Assembly: GCA_046735395.1 (NCBI GenBank)
Contig: JBJKQR010000062.1
Span: forward strand, 4,800 to 68,799
From: Fidelibacterota bacterium
GTDB lineage: Bacteria; Fidelibacterota; Fidelibacteria; Fidelibacterales; DSDE01
Direction of reading: 5' to 3'
Length of the DNA: 64,000 nt
Every line of letters begins with the position of its first letter. Positions within the stretch are counted from its first letter, which is position 1. The position numbers and the translations under genes were made by a program. Under the pieces are notes generated by a model that saw only the letters and a list, made by a program, of their open reading frames with translations, did not search any database and was not told where the DNA came from. Below are positions 37,958-48,697 of this stretch, piece after piece.

Positions 37958-39217
37958 ATGTTTTACAAAAATAAAATAATCAGCAACAAACTGGGGGATC
38001 TGGATATCATTTCCCTCTTTCTGGTCCTGATCCTGACGGCCATCGGGCTGACAGGAATTTTCAGCGCCACCAGCTATGTGGACTCCCAGATTCGCGTTTC
38101 CCATCCCTTCATCAAGCAGGTTATTACCCTGGGAATCGCTCTGGTCTTCTTTTTCGTTCTCTTTTCCATCAGAAAGAGCTTCCTGAAAAACATAGCTCTG
38201 ACCCTCTACATCATCGGCCTTCTGCTGGTCATCGCAACCTTTTTTATTTCGAACGATGCCACCAACACAAACCGCTGGCTTGATCTGGGCTTTTTCCGTT
38301 TCCAGCCCTCGGAATTCATGAAATTCTTTCTCATCATCATTCTGGCAAAATTCTTTTCCGATACGAAAATTCCCCGCAATTCCCTTTATTATACGCTGGT
38401 TCCCCTGGGCCTCACACTCCTTCCCACTTTTTTTGTATTTCTGCAGCCGGATCTGGGAACATCCCTGGTTTATATCGCGATTTTCGCCGGAATTCTCTTT
38501 GCCAGCGGCACCCGGCTCTATCATATTTTCCTCATTACCGCGCCCATCGTCACCATTCTTGCGGCCTTCAATATCACCACATTTTTCATCTGGGGCATCA
38601 TTACCGGAATCATCGTTTTATTCAATAATGAAAATATCTGGAAAATGGTTCTCGTTTTCGTGGGCAATATTACCGTAGGCCTCGTCACACCCATTGTATG
38701 GAATGGCCTCAAATCCTACCAGAAACAGCGAATCATGACACTGTTCAATTCCAGTCTGGATCCTCAGGGTGCCGGATATCAGGTTCTCCAGTCTCAGATT
38801 GCCATCGGCTCCGGAGGACTCCGGGGCAAAGGTTTCATGAACGGCACCCAGACCCATCTCCGTTTCCTGCCGGAACAGCATACGGACTTTATTTTCTCTG
38901 TGATCGCCGAGGAATTCGGATTTGTCATGGTCGCCGTCATTTTCTTCATCTTTCTCTTCCTCTTCATCAAATGGCAGCGCATGGCCTTTTCCGTGCGGGA
39001 CCGTTTCGGAGCCACGCTCATCATCGGCGCCTCCACTGCCCTCCTCTTTCACGTCTTCATCAATGTGGGCATGACCATCGGCATCATGCCGGTCACCGGC
39101 AAGCCACTGCCCTTTATCAGCTATGGCGGATCCTTTCTGCTCACCTGTTACGGCCTGCTCGCTCTCATCCTCAACGGCAATACGGAACAAATACCTCAAA
39201 AAGATTTATATTCATAG
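37958..39217 (+). CDS. rodA: SEDS-family peptidoglycan polymerase RodA
   Basis: 419 aa, polytopic. FQPSEFMKF, GLRGKGF, PEQHTDFIFSVIAEEFG, PVTGKPLPFISYGGS. Confidence 0.9.
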   Translation: MFYKNKIISNKLGDLDIISLFLVLILTAIGLTGIFSATSYVDSQIRVSHPFIKQVITLGIALVFFFVLFSIRKSFLKNIALTLYIIGLLLVIATFFISNDATNTNRWLDLGFFRFQPSEFMKFFLIIILAKFFSDTKIPRNSLYYTLVPLGLTLLPTFFVFLQPDLGTSLVYIAIFAGILFASGTRLYHIFLITAPIVTILAAFNITTFFIWGIITGIIVLFNNENIWKMVLVFVGNITVGLVTPIVWNGLKSYQKQRIMTLFNSSLDPQGAGYQVLQSQIAIGSGGLRGKGFMNGTQTHLRFLPEQHTDFIFSVIAEEFGFVMVAVIFFIFLFLFIKWQRMAFSVRDRFGATLIIGASTALLFHVFINVGMTIGIMPVTGKPLPFISYGGSFLLTCYGLLALILNGNTEQIPQKDLYS

Positions 39218-39238
39218 AAAGCCTGTCTAAATTTAGCG

Positions 39239-39685
39239 ATGGAAAAATTGATTGTAAAAAACCGCAAGGCCTTCCATGAGTACGCCATGCTGGAAACATT
39301 TGAAGCCGGTCTCAGCCTGCTGGGAACAGAAGTGAAGGCGATCCGGGAAGTAAAGGTAAATTTAGTGGACAGCTACTGCCGCATCGAGGATAATGAGGTT
39401 TTTCTCGTGGATGCCCACATTTCCCAGTACAGCCACCATGGCTACAGCCCACATGATCCGCGGCGTGAACGAAAACTGCTGCTTCACCGGCAGGAAATCC
39501 GAAAAATAAAAAAAAAACTCGATACCCAGGGACTGACTCTCATTCCCATTCGGCTTTATTGGAAGAATAACCACATCAAGGCTGAAATCGCTCTGGCCAA
39601 GGGAAAAAAACTCCATGACAAACGGGAGGATCTGGCCAAAAAAGATGCCCAACGGCACATCGAACAGCAATTAAAACGGAGATAG
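39239..39685 (+). CDS. smpB: SsrA(tmRNA)-binding protein
   Basis: 148 aa. KNRKAFHEYAMLETFEAGLSLLGTEVKAIR, RERKLLLHRQEI, and a basic C-terminal tail. Confidence 0.95.
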   Translation: MEKLIVKNRKAFHEYAMLETFEAGLSLLGTEVKAIREVKVNLVDSYCRIEDNEVFLVDAHISQYSHHGYSPHDPRRERKLLLHRQEIRKIKKKLDTQGLTLIPIRLYWKNNHIKAEIALAKGKKLHDKREDLAKKDAQRHIEQQLKRR

Positions 39686-39691
39686 GAACTG

Positions 39692-40906
39692 ATGACGACA
39701 TTCGCCCCCATCAATGAACAGATGGATCTCATCCGGAAAGGGTGTGAAGAAATAACCCCCGAAGAGGAACTGGTAAAGAAGCTGGAATTTTCTAAAAAAA
39801 GCGGAAAGCCGCTGCGCATAAAGCTGGGCGCTGATCCCAGCCGTCCCGACCTCCACCTGGGACATGCGGTGGTGCTGAACAAGCTGCGGACCTTCCAGGA
39901 TCTGGGCCATACAGCAGTACTCATCATCGGGGATTTCACGGCGATGATCGGTGATCCCACCGGCCGGAACAAAACCCGTCCCTCCCTCACTCTGGAGGAC
40001 ACACGGGCCAATGCCGCCAGCTATTTTGACCAGGCCGGCATCATCCTGCAGAATGATCGTCTGGAAATTCATTATAATTCTGAGTGGCTGGATAAAATGT
40101 CCTTCAGTGACGTCATATCACTGGCCGCCCGCTATACGGTGGCACGCATGCTGGAGCGGGATGATTTCTCGAACCGCTATAAAAACGGCCAGCCTATTTC
40201 GGTTCATGAACTGCTCTACCCTCTTGCTCAGGCTTACGACTCCGTGGCCATCAAGGCGGATGTGGAACTGGGCGGTACGGACCAGAAATTCAATCTACTG
40301 GTCGGCCGGGATATTCAGCGTGAATTCGGCCTGGAACCCCAGGTTATTCTCACCATGCCCATTCTTGAGGGCCTGGACGGCGTGGAAAAAATGTCCAAAT
40401 CACTGGACAATTATATCGGCATTACGGAGAGTGCAGCCGATATGTACGGGAAGACCCTGAGCATTTCCGATGATCTCATTATGCGCTACTTCACGCTGAC
40501 CACGGATCTGACACCTGAAGACCTGAATAAAATTCAGTCTCGTCTCAACTCCGGTGAAAATCCCCGGGATATCAAGCATGACCTGGCCTGGCATATAGCC
40601 CGGCGCTACCACGATGCAGCGGCAGCCGACGCTGCCAGGGCCCATTTTGAACAGGTTTTCGTCAACAAGGGGATCCCGGATGATATTGAAGAATTTACAA
40701 TTCCTGAGAACCCATATTTTATTTCTAAGGTTTTATTTGAAAGTGGTTCCGTGGCTAGTGCAAGTGAAGCAAAACGTCTTTTAAAACAGGGGGCCATTTC
40801 AATAGATGGTGAAAAAGTCAACTCCGATGCAGGAGCAATCAACTTTTCAGATGGAAATATAATCAAAGCAGGAAAACGGAAATTTCTGAAAATCCGCATA
40901 AACTGA
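39692..40906 (+). CDS. tyrS: Tyrosine--tRNA ligase (type 2, with C-terminal S4 domain)
   Basis: 404 aa. HIGH motif (PDLHLGHAVV), KMSKS motif (EKMSKSLDN), C-terminal S4-like SASEAKRLLKQGAISIDGEKV. Confidence 0.95.
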   Translation: MTTFAPINEQMDLIRKGCEEITPEEELVKKLEFSKKSGKPLRIKLGADPSRPDLHLGHAVVLNKLRTFQDLGHTAVLIIGDFTAMIGDPTGRNKTRPSLTLEDTRANAASYFDQAGIILQNDRLEIHYNSEWLDKMSFSDVISLAARYTVARMLERDDFSNRYKNGQPISVHELLYPLAQAYDSVAIKADVELGGTDQKFNLLVGRDIQREFGLEPQVILTMPILEGLDGVEKMSKSLDNYIGITESAADMYGKTLSISDDLIMRYFTLTTDLTPEDLNKIQSRLNSGENPRDIKHDLAWHIARRYHDAAAADAARAHFEQVFVNKGIPDDIEEFTIPENPYFISKVLFESGSVASASEAKRLLKQGAISIDGEKVNSDAGAINFSDGNIIKAGKRKFLKIRIN

Positions 40907-40927
40907 AAAACTGGGGTTTTCGCTGAT

Positions 40928-42031
40928 ATGCTGAAAATCCTGTATATTTCTCCGGAAAATACCGTCGGTACACTGAATCTGTGGAAGTCCTACCATGAAT
41001 CACGTGGAAATATCTGCCGCACCGTGACATTCTATCCTTCATCAGCCGGGTATCCGGAAGACATCTGCCTGCATCTGCCACTGATCAGCACTGGTAAAGG
41101 ATACCGCAGCTTCCGGCATCGCCTCCAGAAGCGATGGTACGGACAGGATCCTCAGACAGCAAAAGCCGGAAAGCCCCCCGTCTGGACTCCTTCGGGAACT
41201 GCTGAAGCGCTGTGGTTTCGAGTCCGTGACTTTATCTGGTCCTTCAGTGTGGAACAGGCAATTGAGCGTTACCATCTCGATGAATTTGACATTTACCATT
41301 TCGAATGGGGCCTGGACTTCTATCGCGACTGCCGTTTTGCCGCCCGGATGAAGGAAGCGGGGAAAACCATCATCAATACCTATCATGGCCAGGATATGCG
41401 AAATCGCGGCGTCCTGCCGGTCATGGACGAGCTTGCAGACCTGAGACTCAGTTCAGAGCTTGATCTGCTGGATCTGCATCCCAAGCTGAAATATCTCTTC
41501 CTTCCCTTTCGAACCGCTGCCTTTTCCCATCCGGACAAGGCGGTTCACAAGCCCCTGAAAGTCTGTCATGCCACGACCAACCGCTATTTCAAAGGTTCCG
41601 ATCATATCATCAGAGTTTGCAGGGAACTCGAAGCAGACGGTCTGATTGAATTTGTATTAATCGAGAATCGTCCTCACGAAGAGGCGCTTGAACTGAAATC
41701 AGGCTGTGATGTAAATATTGACCAGCTGACCGATCTGGGAGGCTGGGGCTATGGCATGAATTCGGTGGAAAGCCTCAGTATGGGCATCTGTACTCTGGCC
41801 TTCCTCAATCCCACCTATGAAAAATTTATCCCGGACCACCCTTTCGTAAATACCCACCCGGAAACTCTGAGAGATAATCTGCTGCAGCTGATAAAAGATC
41901 CGGATTCTGTGGCGGAAAGAGGGCGCAGCGGACGGGAATGGGTGCGCACGCATCATGACATCTCAGCGGTGGGAAAGCAGCTCTATGCCTATTATGAGGA
42001 TTTGAGAGGAGATGGCCGCCTTGTCTCCTGA
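40928..42031 (+). CDS. GT-B fold (GT1/GT4-like) glycosyltransferase
   Basis: 367 aa. N-terminus LKILYISPE. The C-terminal half resembles a GT4 nucleotide-sugar-binding domain (KVCHATTNRYFKGSDHII..., GGWGYGMNSVESLSMGICTL). No strong named motif, so confidence is moderate. Confidence 0.55.
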   Translation: MLKILYISPENTVGTLNLWKSYHESRGNICRTVTFYPSSAGYPEDICLHLPLISTGKGYRSFRHRLQKRWYGQDPQTAKAGKPPVWTPSGTAEALWFRVRDFIWSFSVEQAIERYHLDEFDIYHFEWGLDFYRDCRFAARMKEAGKTIINTYHGQDMRNRGVLPVMDELADLRLSSELDLLDLHPKLKYLFLPFRTAAFSHPDKAVHKPLKVCHATTNRYFKGSDHIIRVCRELEADGLIEFVLIENRPHEEALELKSGCDVNIDQLTDLGGWGYGMNSVESLSMGICTLAFLNPTYEKFIPDHPFVNTHPETLRDNLLQLIKDPDSVAERGRSGREWVRTHHDISAVGKQLYAYYEDLRGDGRLVS

Positions 42032-42932
42032 ATCTTTTTTTATCCCGATTTCCATTATTATCCCCAGTTATCAGCGACGGGAGTTGCTTGAACAAACTTT
42101 GAATTCCGTAATGGCGGCAGATTATCCCGTGGCGAAGCGACAGATCATCATCGTGGACGATGGCAGCAGTGACGGCACCGAAGAATACTGCCGGAGTCTG
42201 TCCGGCATTGATTATATCCGCCATGATCAGAACCGGGGACGGGCGGAAACCCGGAATTCAGGACTTCGGGCAGCTGCCGGAAGAATCTGTTTTTTCCTGG
42301 ATGATGACCAGGTCATTCCCGCTCATTTTTTCACAGCGCATCTCGAACGCTATCATCGGTTTCCGGACTGTGTCGGCACCGTCGGCCAATACCGGACGCC
42401 TGAAAAGGATCAGCACGTCTGGGGGAAATATCTGGAAAGCCGCGGAGCCATCAAGCTTCCGCCGGACACAGCTCTGCCTGCCAAGTATTTTCAGGGCGGA
42501 AACATCAGCATCCGCTCTGATATTCTGTCAAAAATCGGAGGATTTGATCCGCTTTTTGACAGCTATGGCGGCGAAGACAGCGATATGGGGCAACGGCTCT
42601 CGGAGTATGGCCCCATCTATTTTACGGCTCATGGATACAGCTACCACCACGGAATCCCTTCTCTGTCCCATCAGCTGGACCGTCTGGAGGACTTCGGCAG
42701 GAAATCCCTGAAGGATCTCCTTGCCAAGCATCCCGATCTGGAAAGCACCTACAATATCAGATATTTCAAATTCCCGTGGAATATGGCCTGGTCCCCCCTT
42801 CTCTATCGGCTGGCCCTTGCCTGCTACAGGCGGGTACCCCGGTCCGCAGCCTTCACGATGTTATCCTATCTGCAGGCATACAGGGTATATCGCGGATACA
42901 GGTATAAGGCCACGCATCCCGGAAGCTCGTAA
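42012..42932 (+). CDS. Family 2 glycosyltransferase
   Basis: 306 aa. ISIIIPSYQRRELLEQTLNSV, IIIVDDGSSDGT, DxD (FFLDDDQV). Confidence 0.85.
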   Translation: MAALSPESFFIPISIIIPSYQRRELLEQTLNSVMAADYPVAKRQIIIVDDGSSDGTEEYCRSLSGIDYIRHDQNRGRAETRNSGLRAAAGRICFFLDDDQVIPAHFFTAHLERYHRFPDCVGTVGQYRTPEKDQHVWGKYLESRGAIKLPPDTALPAKYFQGGNISIRSDILSKIGGFDPLFDSYGGEDSDMGQRLSEYGPIYFTAHGYSYHHGIPSLSHQLDRLEDFGRKSLKDLLAKHPDLESTYNIRYFKFPWNMAWSPLLYRLALACYRRVPRSAAFTMLSYLQAYRVYRGYRYKATHPGSS

Positions 42933-43043
42933 TCCGAACGGTTTATTCAGACAATTCGTAAATCAATTTCAATAGCATCATATCGATCGAATGGCGTTCT
43001 GACCACTTCACTGTCTGACATTTGATCCTGAAAAATTCAGTGT

Positions 43044-43075
43044 AAAAAAAAAAGGCTCCGCAAGGGAGCCTTTTT
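43044..43075. terminator. Bidirectional rho-independent terminator between the convergent GT2 gene and groEL
   Basis: A10-GGCTCC-GCAAG-GGAGCC-T5. On the minus strand the stem is followed by a 10-nt U-tract. It lies 20 nt after the groEL stop. Confidence 0.75.
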
Positions 43076-43095
43076 CTATTATGAGAGTCAATATG

Positions 43096-44814
<1,719 letters not shown>

Positions 44815-44900
44815 TCAAAATTTCCTGTATCCTTTTCGGATGATTCATGTGCCGTGCTGCCGGAAAGTTACAGCGATTTGACAGGCCATTTTTCCGCATC

Positions 44901-44927
44901 TTAGCACTCTCCTCATCTGAGTGCTAA
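44901..44927 (-). promoter_or_regulatory. CIRCE operator (HrcA binding site)
   Basis: Perfect TTAGCACTC-N9-GAGTGCTAA (44901-44909 and 44919-44927). It lies 117 nt upstream of the groEL ATG. Confidence 0.9.
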
Positions 44928-44955
44928 TTTTAAGGAGATTTACCAATTATTTCAA
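44927..44955 (-). promoter_or_regulatory. Sigma70-type promoter of groEL
   Basis: Minus strand: TTGAAA (44955-44950), a 17-nt spacer, then TAAAAT (44932-44927). The -10 element abuts or overlaps the first base of CIRCE, the usual arrangement for HrcA-repressed promoters. Confidence 0.55.
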
Positions 44956-45024
44956 CAGATTTTCTCCTCCTGAAAATCCGAAATTCAGTAAATGCCCATC
45001 CGGATCTATAAATAATTCAGATAA

Positions 45025-46092
45025 TTAAAAAGGCGGCTCATTCTGTGTTTCGCGGCCGGTCCCCAGGCTGTCCCCATTCTCGAAGTACAGGCTATCCGGC
45101 TGACGCAGGCTGTCCTGAAGACCCAGGCTGTCCGGCAGAACTTCCGGAACAGGCGGGTCACTGTAATGAAAATCACGGTTGAATTTTTCCGGATAATAAT
45201 AATCGAGAGAATCAGCGGTTTCCGAATTCTGACGCAGCCAGGCCGTGATATGAATTCCGTCTTCGGCGGAAATCATTTTATACAGGTTGCCTGCTCCATC
45301 CACGTAAAATTCCCGGATTATCTCCGACCAGGCCAGGCGGGGAATATGGAAACGTGCCTGCACGCCCTGAGCTTCATCAACCAGAAGGACAGATCTTTTT
45401 ACTCTCTGAGGATCATTTTCTGAATATTCCTCCACATACACAAAGAGCTGACCATCCGGGCTGAGGCCAACGAAGCGGCTCACCGCCAGCCGTTCAAAAG
45501 GCAGAATTTCCTCAGATCCATCCGGAAATTGCAGCTCACATTCCTGAAAACTTTTTCGAGTTACCCGGACTGTACTGCCATTCCCATCAACAGGAATTCC
45601 CTTGAAGAGCATATACCGTCCCTTTGCATTAATATCCGGGTTCAGCCAGGTACTGTAATTAATAATGGGAAGAACGCGCTTTTCTATCGGGTCCCAGCGC
45701 ATATCCGTAATGCGATGTCTCGGATTGCTCACCGTCATTTTATCTTCAATATTGCCATGGGTCAGTGTATAGATCACATTATCCTGCAGAAGATAAACCG
45801 AATTATCATGGAGCAAAAAATCCTCTGCATTCGTCAGCGGAATATGCTGTGCATAATCAAACAGGCTGTCCTGATAAAATTTAAGGGCCTCGTTCACCCG
45901 GTCCAGAACAGCAATCCGATTTCCCTCCACGCTGAAAGCTGAGGGGCCGAGTACTGTCGCGGGAACCTCCCAGCGGGCAACATCACCCGGCCGATCGCCC
46001 CAGGGCAGGAACAGCAGATCCCGAAATTCATATTCAACTGCTGCCAGAGGCAGCGCTGCAATGAGCAACAATAGTAAGATTTTCTGTTTCAT
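45025..46092 (-). CDS. Secreted hypothetical protein. Start reassigned to MKQKILLL...; the track ORF extends to 46251.
   Basis: Signal peptide MKQKILLLLLIAALPLAAVE, preceded by AGGAG (caaAGGAGtcaaATG at 46092). The body is beta-rich. The C-terminal tail carries a short DSL repeat (PDSLGLQDSLRQPDSLYFENGDSLG). I recognised no family. Confidence 0.65.
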   Translation of the reverse strand: MKQKILLLLLIAALPLAAVEYEFRDLLFLPWGDRPGDVARWEVPATVLGPSAFSVEGNRIAVLDRVNEALKFYQDSLFDYAQHIPLTNAEDFLLHDNSVYLLQDNVIYTLTHGNIEDKMTVSNPRHRITDMRWDPIEKRVLPIINYSTWLNPDINAKGRYMLFKGIPVDGNGSTVRVTRKSFQECELQFPDGSEEILPFERLAVSRFVGLSPDGQLFVYVEEYSENDPQRVKRSVLLVDEAQGVQARFHIPRLAWSEIIREFYVDGAGNLYKMISAEDGIHITAWLRQNSETADSLDYYYPEKFNRDFHYSDPPVPEVLPDSLGLQDSLRQPDSLYFENGDSLGTGRETQNEPPF

Positions 46093-46292
46093 TTGACTCC
46101 TTTGCAACCGATGTGTCCTGATGATCCGCCCCCCCTTTCCGGCCTGGGTTATAGCTGCCGGTTCCAGTCTGCCGTCCGTCAGAACCCGAATTTTCATTCC
46201 GTCGGAAAATACGCATTCAGAGTCAGATTTATTATAAAAAAAACCACCCAATCCGCCTGCTGCTCATCCTGACGAGGAAATATTACCAATAT

Positions 46293-46321
46293 AAAAAAGC
46301 CGGACAGGAATCCGGCTTTTT
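46293..46321 (-). terminator. Rho-independent terminator ending the korAB-fumarase operon
   Basis: Minus strand: GCCGGA-TTCCTG-TCCGGC followed by TTTTTT. It lies about 20 nt after the stop at 46342. Confidence 0.65.
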
Positions 46322-46341
46322 CGGAAATAGCTATTCGAATA

Positions 46342-46923
46342 TTATTCCAGTCCGACCAGCTCTTTGTAAACCTTTTCCGAGCGGTCGCGGATATCCTTAT
46401 GCAGACTGTTTCCATGTGAATCCATGGTTACAACTGCCTGAAAGTCCTTCACCTCAATGACCCACATCGCCTCCGGCACTCCGAATTCCTCCAGCTTGAT
46501 AACCTTGTGAACCCGGGTCACCGATTTAGCGAGAAGAGTCGCCGCACCCCCAATGGCATGCAGATACACGGCACCGTGCTCCTTCAGGGCCTGAAGGGTT
46601 TTTGCACCCATTCCCCCTTTTCCGATGGCAGCGCGAAGTCCGTATTCCTTGAGGACATCTCCCTGATAGGGTTCCTCTCGAATGGAGGTCGTCGGCCCGG
46701 CCGCAACAAAATGCCATTCTCCATCCTTTTTTTCAACGACAGGGCCACAATGATAAATCATGGAATCCTTGAGAATATCCCGAATTTCATCAGGCCGTTC
46801 CTCCACCATCCAGGCATGAGCCGCATCCCGGCCGGTTACCATGATTCCGCTGATAGCCACTTCATCACCGACTTTCAGCTCGCGAATGGCTTCTTCACTG
46901 ATCGGAAGCTGCAGCTTAATCAT
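46342..46923 (-). CDS. Class I (Fe-S) fumarate hydratase / tartrate dehydratase, beta (C-terminal domain) subunit
   Basis: 193 aa. GDEVAISGIMVTGRDAAHAWM, AAGPTTSIREEPY, IGKGGMG. Confidence 0.85.
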   Translation of the reverse strand: MIKLQLPISEEAIRELKVGDEVAISGIMVTGRDAAHAWMVEERPDEIRDILKDSMIYHCGPVVEKKDGEWHFVAAGPTTSIREEPYQGDVLKEYGLRAAIGKGGMGAKTLQALKEHGAVYLHAIGGAATLLAKSVTRVHKVIKLEEFGVPEAMWVIEVKDFQAVVTMDSHGNSLHKDIRDRSEKVYKELVGLE

Positions 46924-47821
46924 ATATCACCTCCGATTCCTTAAACAGCATGGTATGACGTCTGTCAGCCCAGCACATGTAGGCCAGGCTCACGAAAAAG
47001 GACGCAGGAAGACGGTGCAGCTTGCCGATTTTCACAGCGAGAGCAGTAGTCCTGCCGCCGAATCCCATGGGTCCGACACCCAACTTGTTCAGGTCTTCCA
47101 GAAGCCGTCCTTCCAGGCCGGCCAGATCCCGATCCGGATTTGTGTCATCCAGTTTCCGGAACAGCTGTTTCTTGGCCATGATCATGGAAGAGGCCCGGTC
47201 ACCACCGATACCGATTCCCATGATTCCCGGAGCACAGCCCTGACCCTGAGCATTGAATACGAGATCAACGATGCACTTGTACACACCGTCCAGATTCCGT
47301 CCGGCTTTCAGGCGCGTATCCGGCAGTTTATACTGACCGGAGACATTTTCCGATCCGCCGCCCTTCAGGGCAAGGCGCACCTGAATGGCATCCTCATCCC
47401 ATTCATCGAAATGGAAGTAGGGCGCCATGATTCCTGTATTGTCTCCGGAATTCTTCCCGGATACGCTGTCGACGGCATTGGGGCGCAGATAGGCCTTCGC
47501 CGTGGCCATGCGCGTGGCTTCCGCGATGGCCGCTTCCACCTTTCGCATGGATACGCCCACCGGTATGGTGATATAGTGGATATTGGTTCCCGTGTCCTGG
47601 CAGATAGGCGTACTGCCGTCACGTGCTTCGTTGATATTCCGCAGAATAGCACTGAGAACAGATTTGGCGGCAGATCCATCGTCTTCCGCATCCCGGGCCT
47701 TCTCAAGCACCCGGACAACATCGGGCGCCATATCGGTACTGGCACGGCGAATCAGCTCCAGCGTCGCATCGCGAAACTTGTCATGATTGAATTCAAAACT
47801 CATAACTTCACTCCAATCCAT
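46916..47821 (-). CDS. Class I (Fe-S) fumarate hydratase / tartrate dehydratase, alpha (N-terminal domain) subunit
   Basis: 301 aa. ICQDTGT, GGGSEN, CAPGIMGIGIGG. It overlaps the beta subunit gene by 8 nt. Confidence 0.85.
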   Translation of the reverse strand: MDWSEVMSFEFNHDKFRDATLELIRRASTDMAPDVVRVLEKARDAEDDGSAAKSVLSAILRNINEARDGSTPICQDTGTNIHYITIPVGVSMRKVEAAIAEATRMATAKAYLRPNAVDSVSGKNSGDNTGIMAPYFHFDEWDEDAIQVRLALKGGGSENVSGQYKLPDTRLKAGRNLDGVYKCIVDLVFNAQGQGCAPGIMGIGIGGDRASSMIMAKKQLFRKLDDTNPDRDLAGLEGRLLEDLNKLGVGPMGFGGRTTALAVKIGKLHRLPASFFVSLAYMCWADRRHTMLFKESEVIYD

Positions 47822-47824
47822 TGA

Positions 47825-48697
47825 TCAGGGTTCGAACATTTTCAGCAGGTCCATTTTGGGCGGAACCGGCTTGCCTCCCTTTGCATTGTCCTGAATCTGA
47901 TGAACCAGATCCGTATAGGTCGGACGGTTCTTATGATAGATGATACCCAGTTTCAGATGGTCGTCGCTGTTGGCAATATCAAAGGCGGCAACTTCATCGG
48001 ACGGATCATGACTGTCATCAATGAAGGAGCTCTGTTCCTTGATCATCGTGAATTGATCACGTCCCATGAAGGTCGGGCAGGGGCTCAGGAATTCGACGAA
48101 TGAGAACCCCTTGTGAGCAATGGCATGCGAGAGAATTTCAGCTGATTCCTTCGGATACCCGCTGAAGGCGCGGGCAACGAAGGAGGTATTATAGGAGATC
48201 ATCATTCTTACGGGGTTGATGGGTGCTTCCATGTTTCCGTAGGCCGTGGTCTTGGTTTTGAGACCGAGGGGCGAAGTCGGTGAGGCCTGTCCCTTGGTGA
48301 GTCCGTAAATGGAGTTATTCATGACGATATAGGTAATATCAATGTTTTTACGGGCTGCATGAGGAATATGTCCGGATCCGATGGAAAATCCGTCCCCGTC
48401 ACCGCCGACGGCAATAACGGTCGTGTCCAGATTTGCCATCTTTGCACCCGTCGCGACAGGCAGAACACGTCCATGAACACTGTTGAAGCCATAGGTTTTC
48501 ATATAGCCGGGCAGCCGGCTGGAGCAGCCGATACCGCTGATAACCGCAAGCTGATGCGTGGGAATCTGCAGTTTGGCCAGAGCCTGGTACAGCGCGTTCA
48601 GCACGCCGTAGTCACCGCAACCCGGACACCAGATCGGTTTCAGGTCGCTTTTATAGTCTTTTGCTGTAAGATTTTGTATTTCCATTATTTTCCACAT
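47825..48697 (-). CDS. korB: 2-oxoglutarate/2-oxoacid:ferredoxin oxidoreductase beta (TPP-binding) subunit
   Basis: 290 aa. WCPGCGDYGVL, GIGCSSR, TPP motif GGDGDGFSIG...NNSIYGLTKGQ. Confidence 0.9.
   Translation of the reverse strand: MWKIMEIQNLTAKDYKSDLKPIWCPGCGDYGVLNALYQALAKLQIPTHQLAVISGIGCSSRLPGYMKTYGFNSVHGRVLPVATGAKMANLDTTVIAVGGDGDGFSIGSGHIPHAARKNIDITYIVMNNSIYGLTKGQASPTSPLGLKTKTTAYGNMEAPINPVRMMISYNTSFVARAFSGYPKESAEILSHAIAHKGFSFVEFLSPCPTFMGRDQFTMIKEQSSFIDDSHDPSDEVAAFDIANSDDHLKLGIIYHKNRPTYTDLVHQIQDNAKGGKPVPPKMDLLKMFEP

Noticed and set aside
46093-46251. The N-terminal 53-aa extension of track ORF 45025..46251.
   Set aside because: The internal ATG at 46092 is preceded by AGGAG and begins a textbook signal peptide (MKQKILLLLLIAALPLAA). 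The upstream extension has no such features.
47827-47836. A GGTTCGAAC string resembling a tRNA T-loop.
   Set aside because: It lies inside the korB coding sequence, where it encodes the C-terminal ...MFEP. There are no flanking acceptor or anticodon stems.
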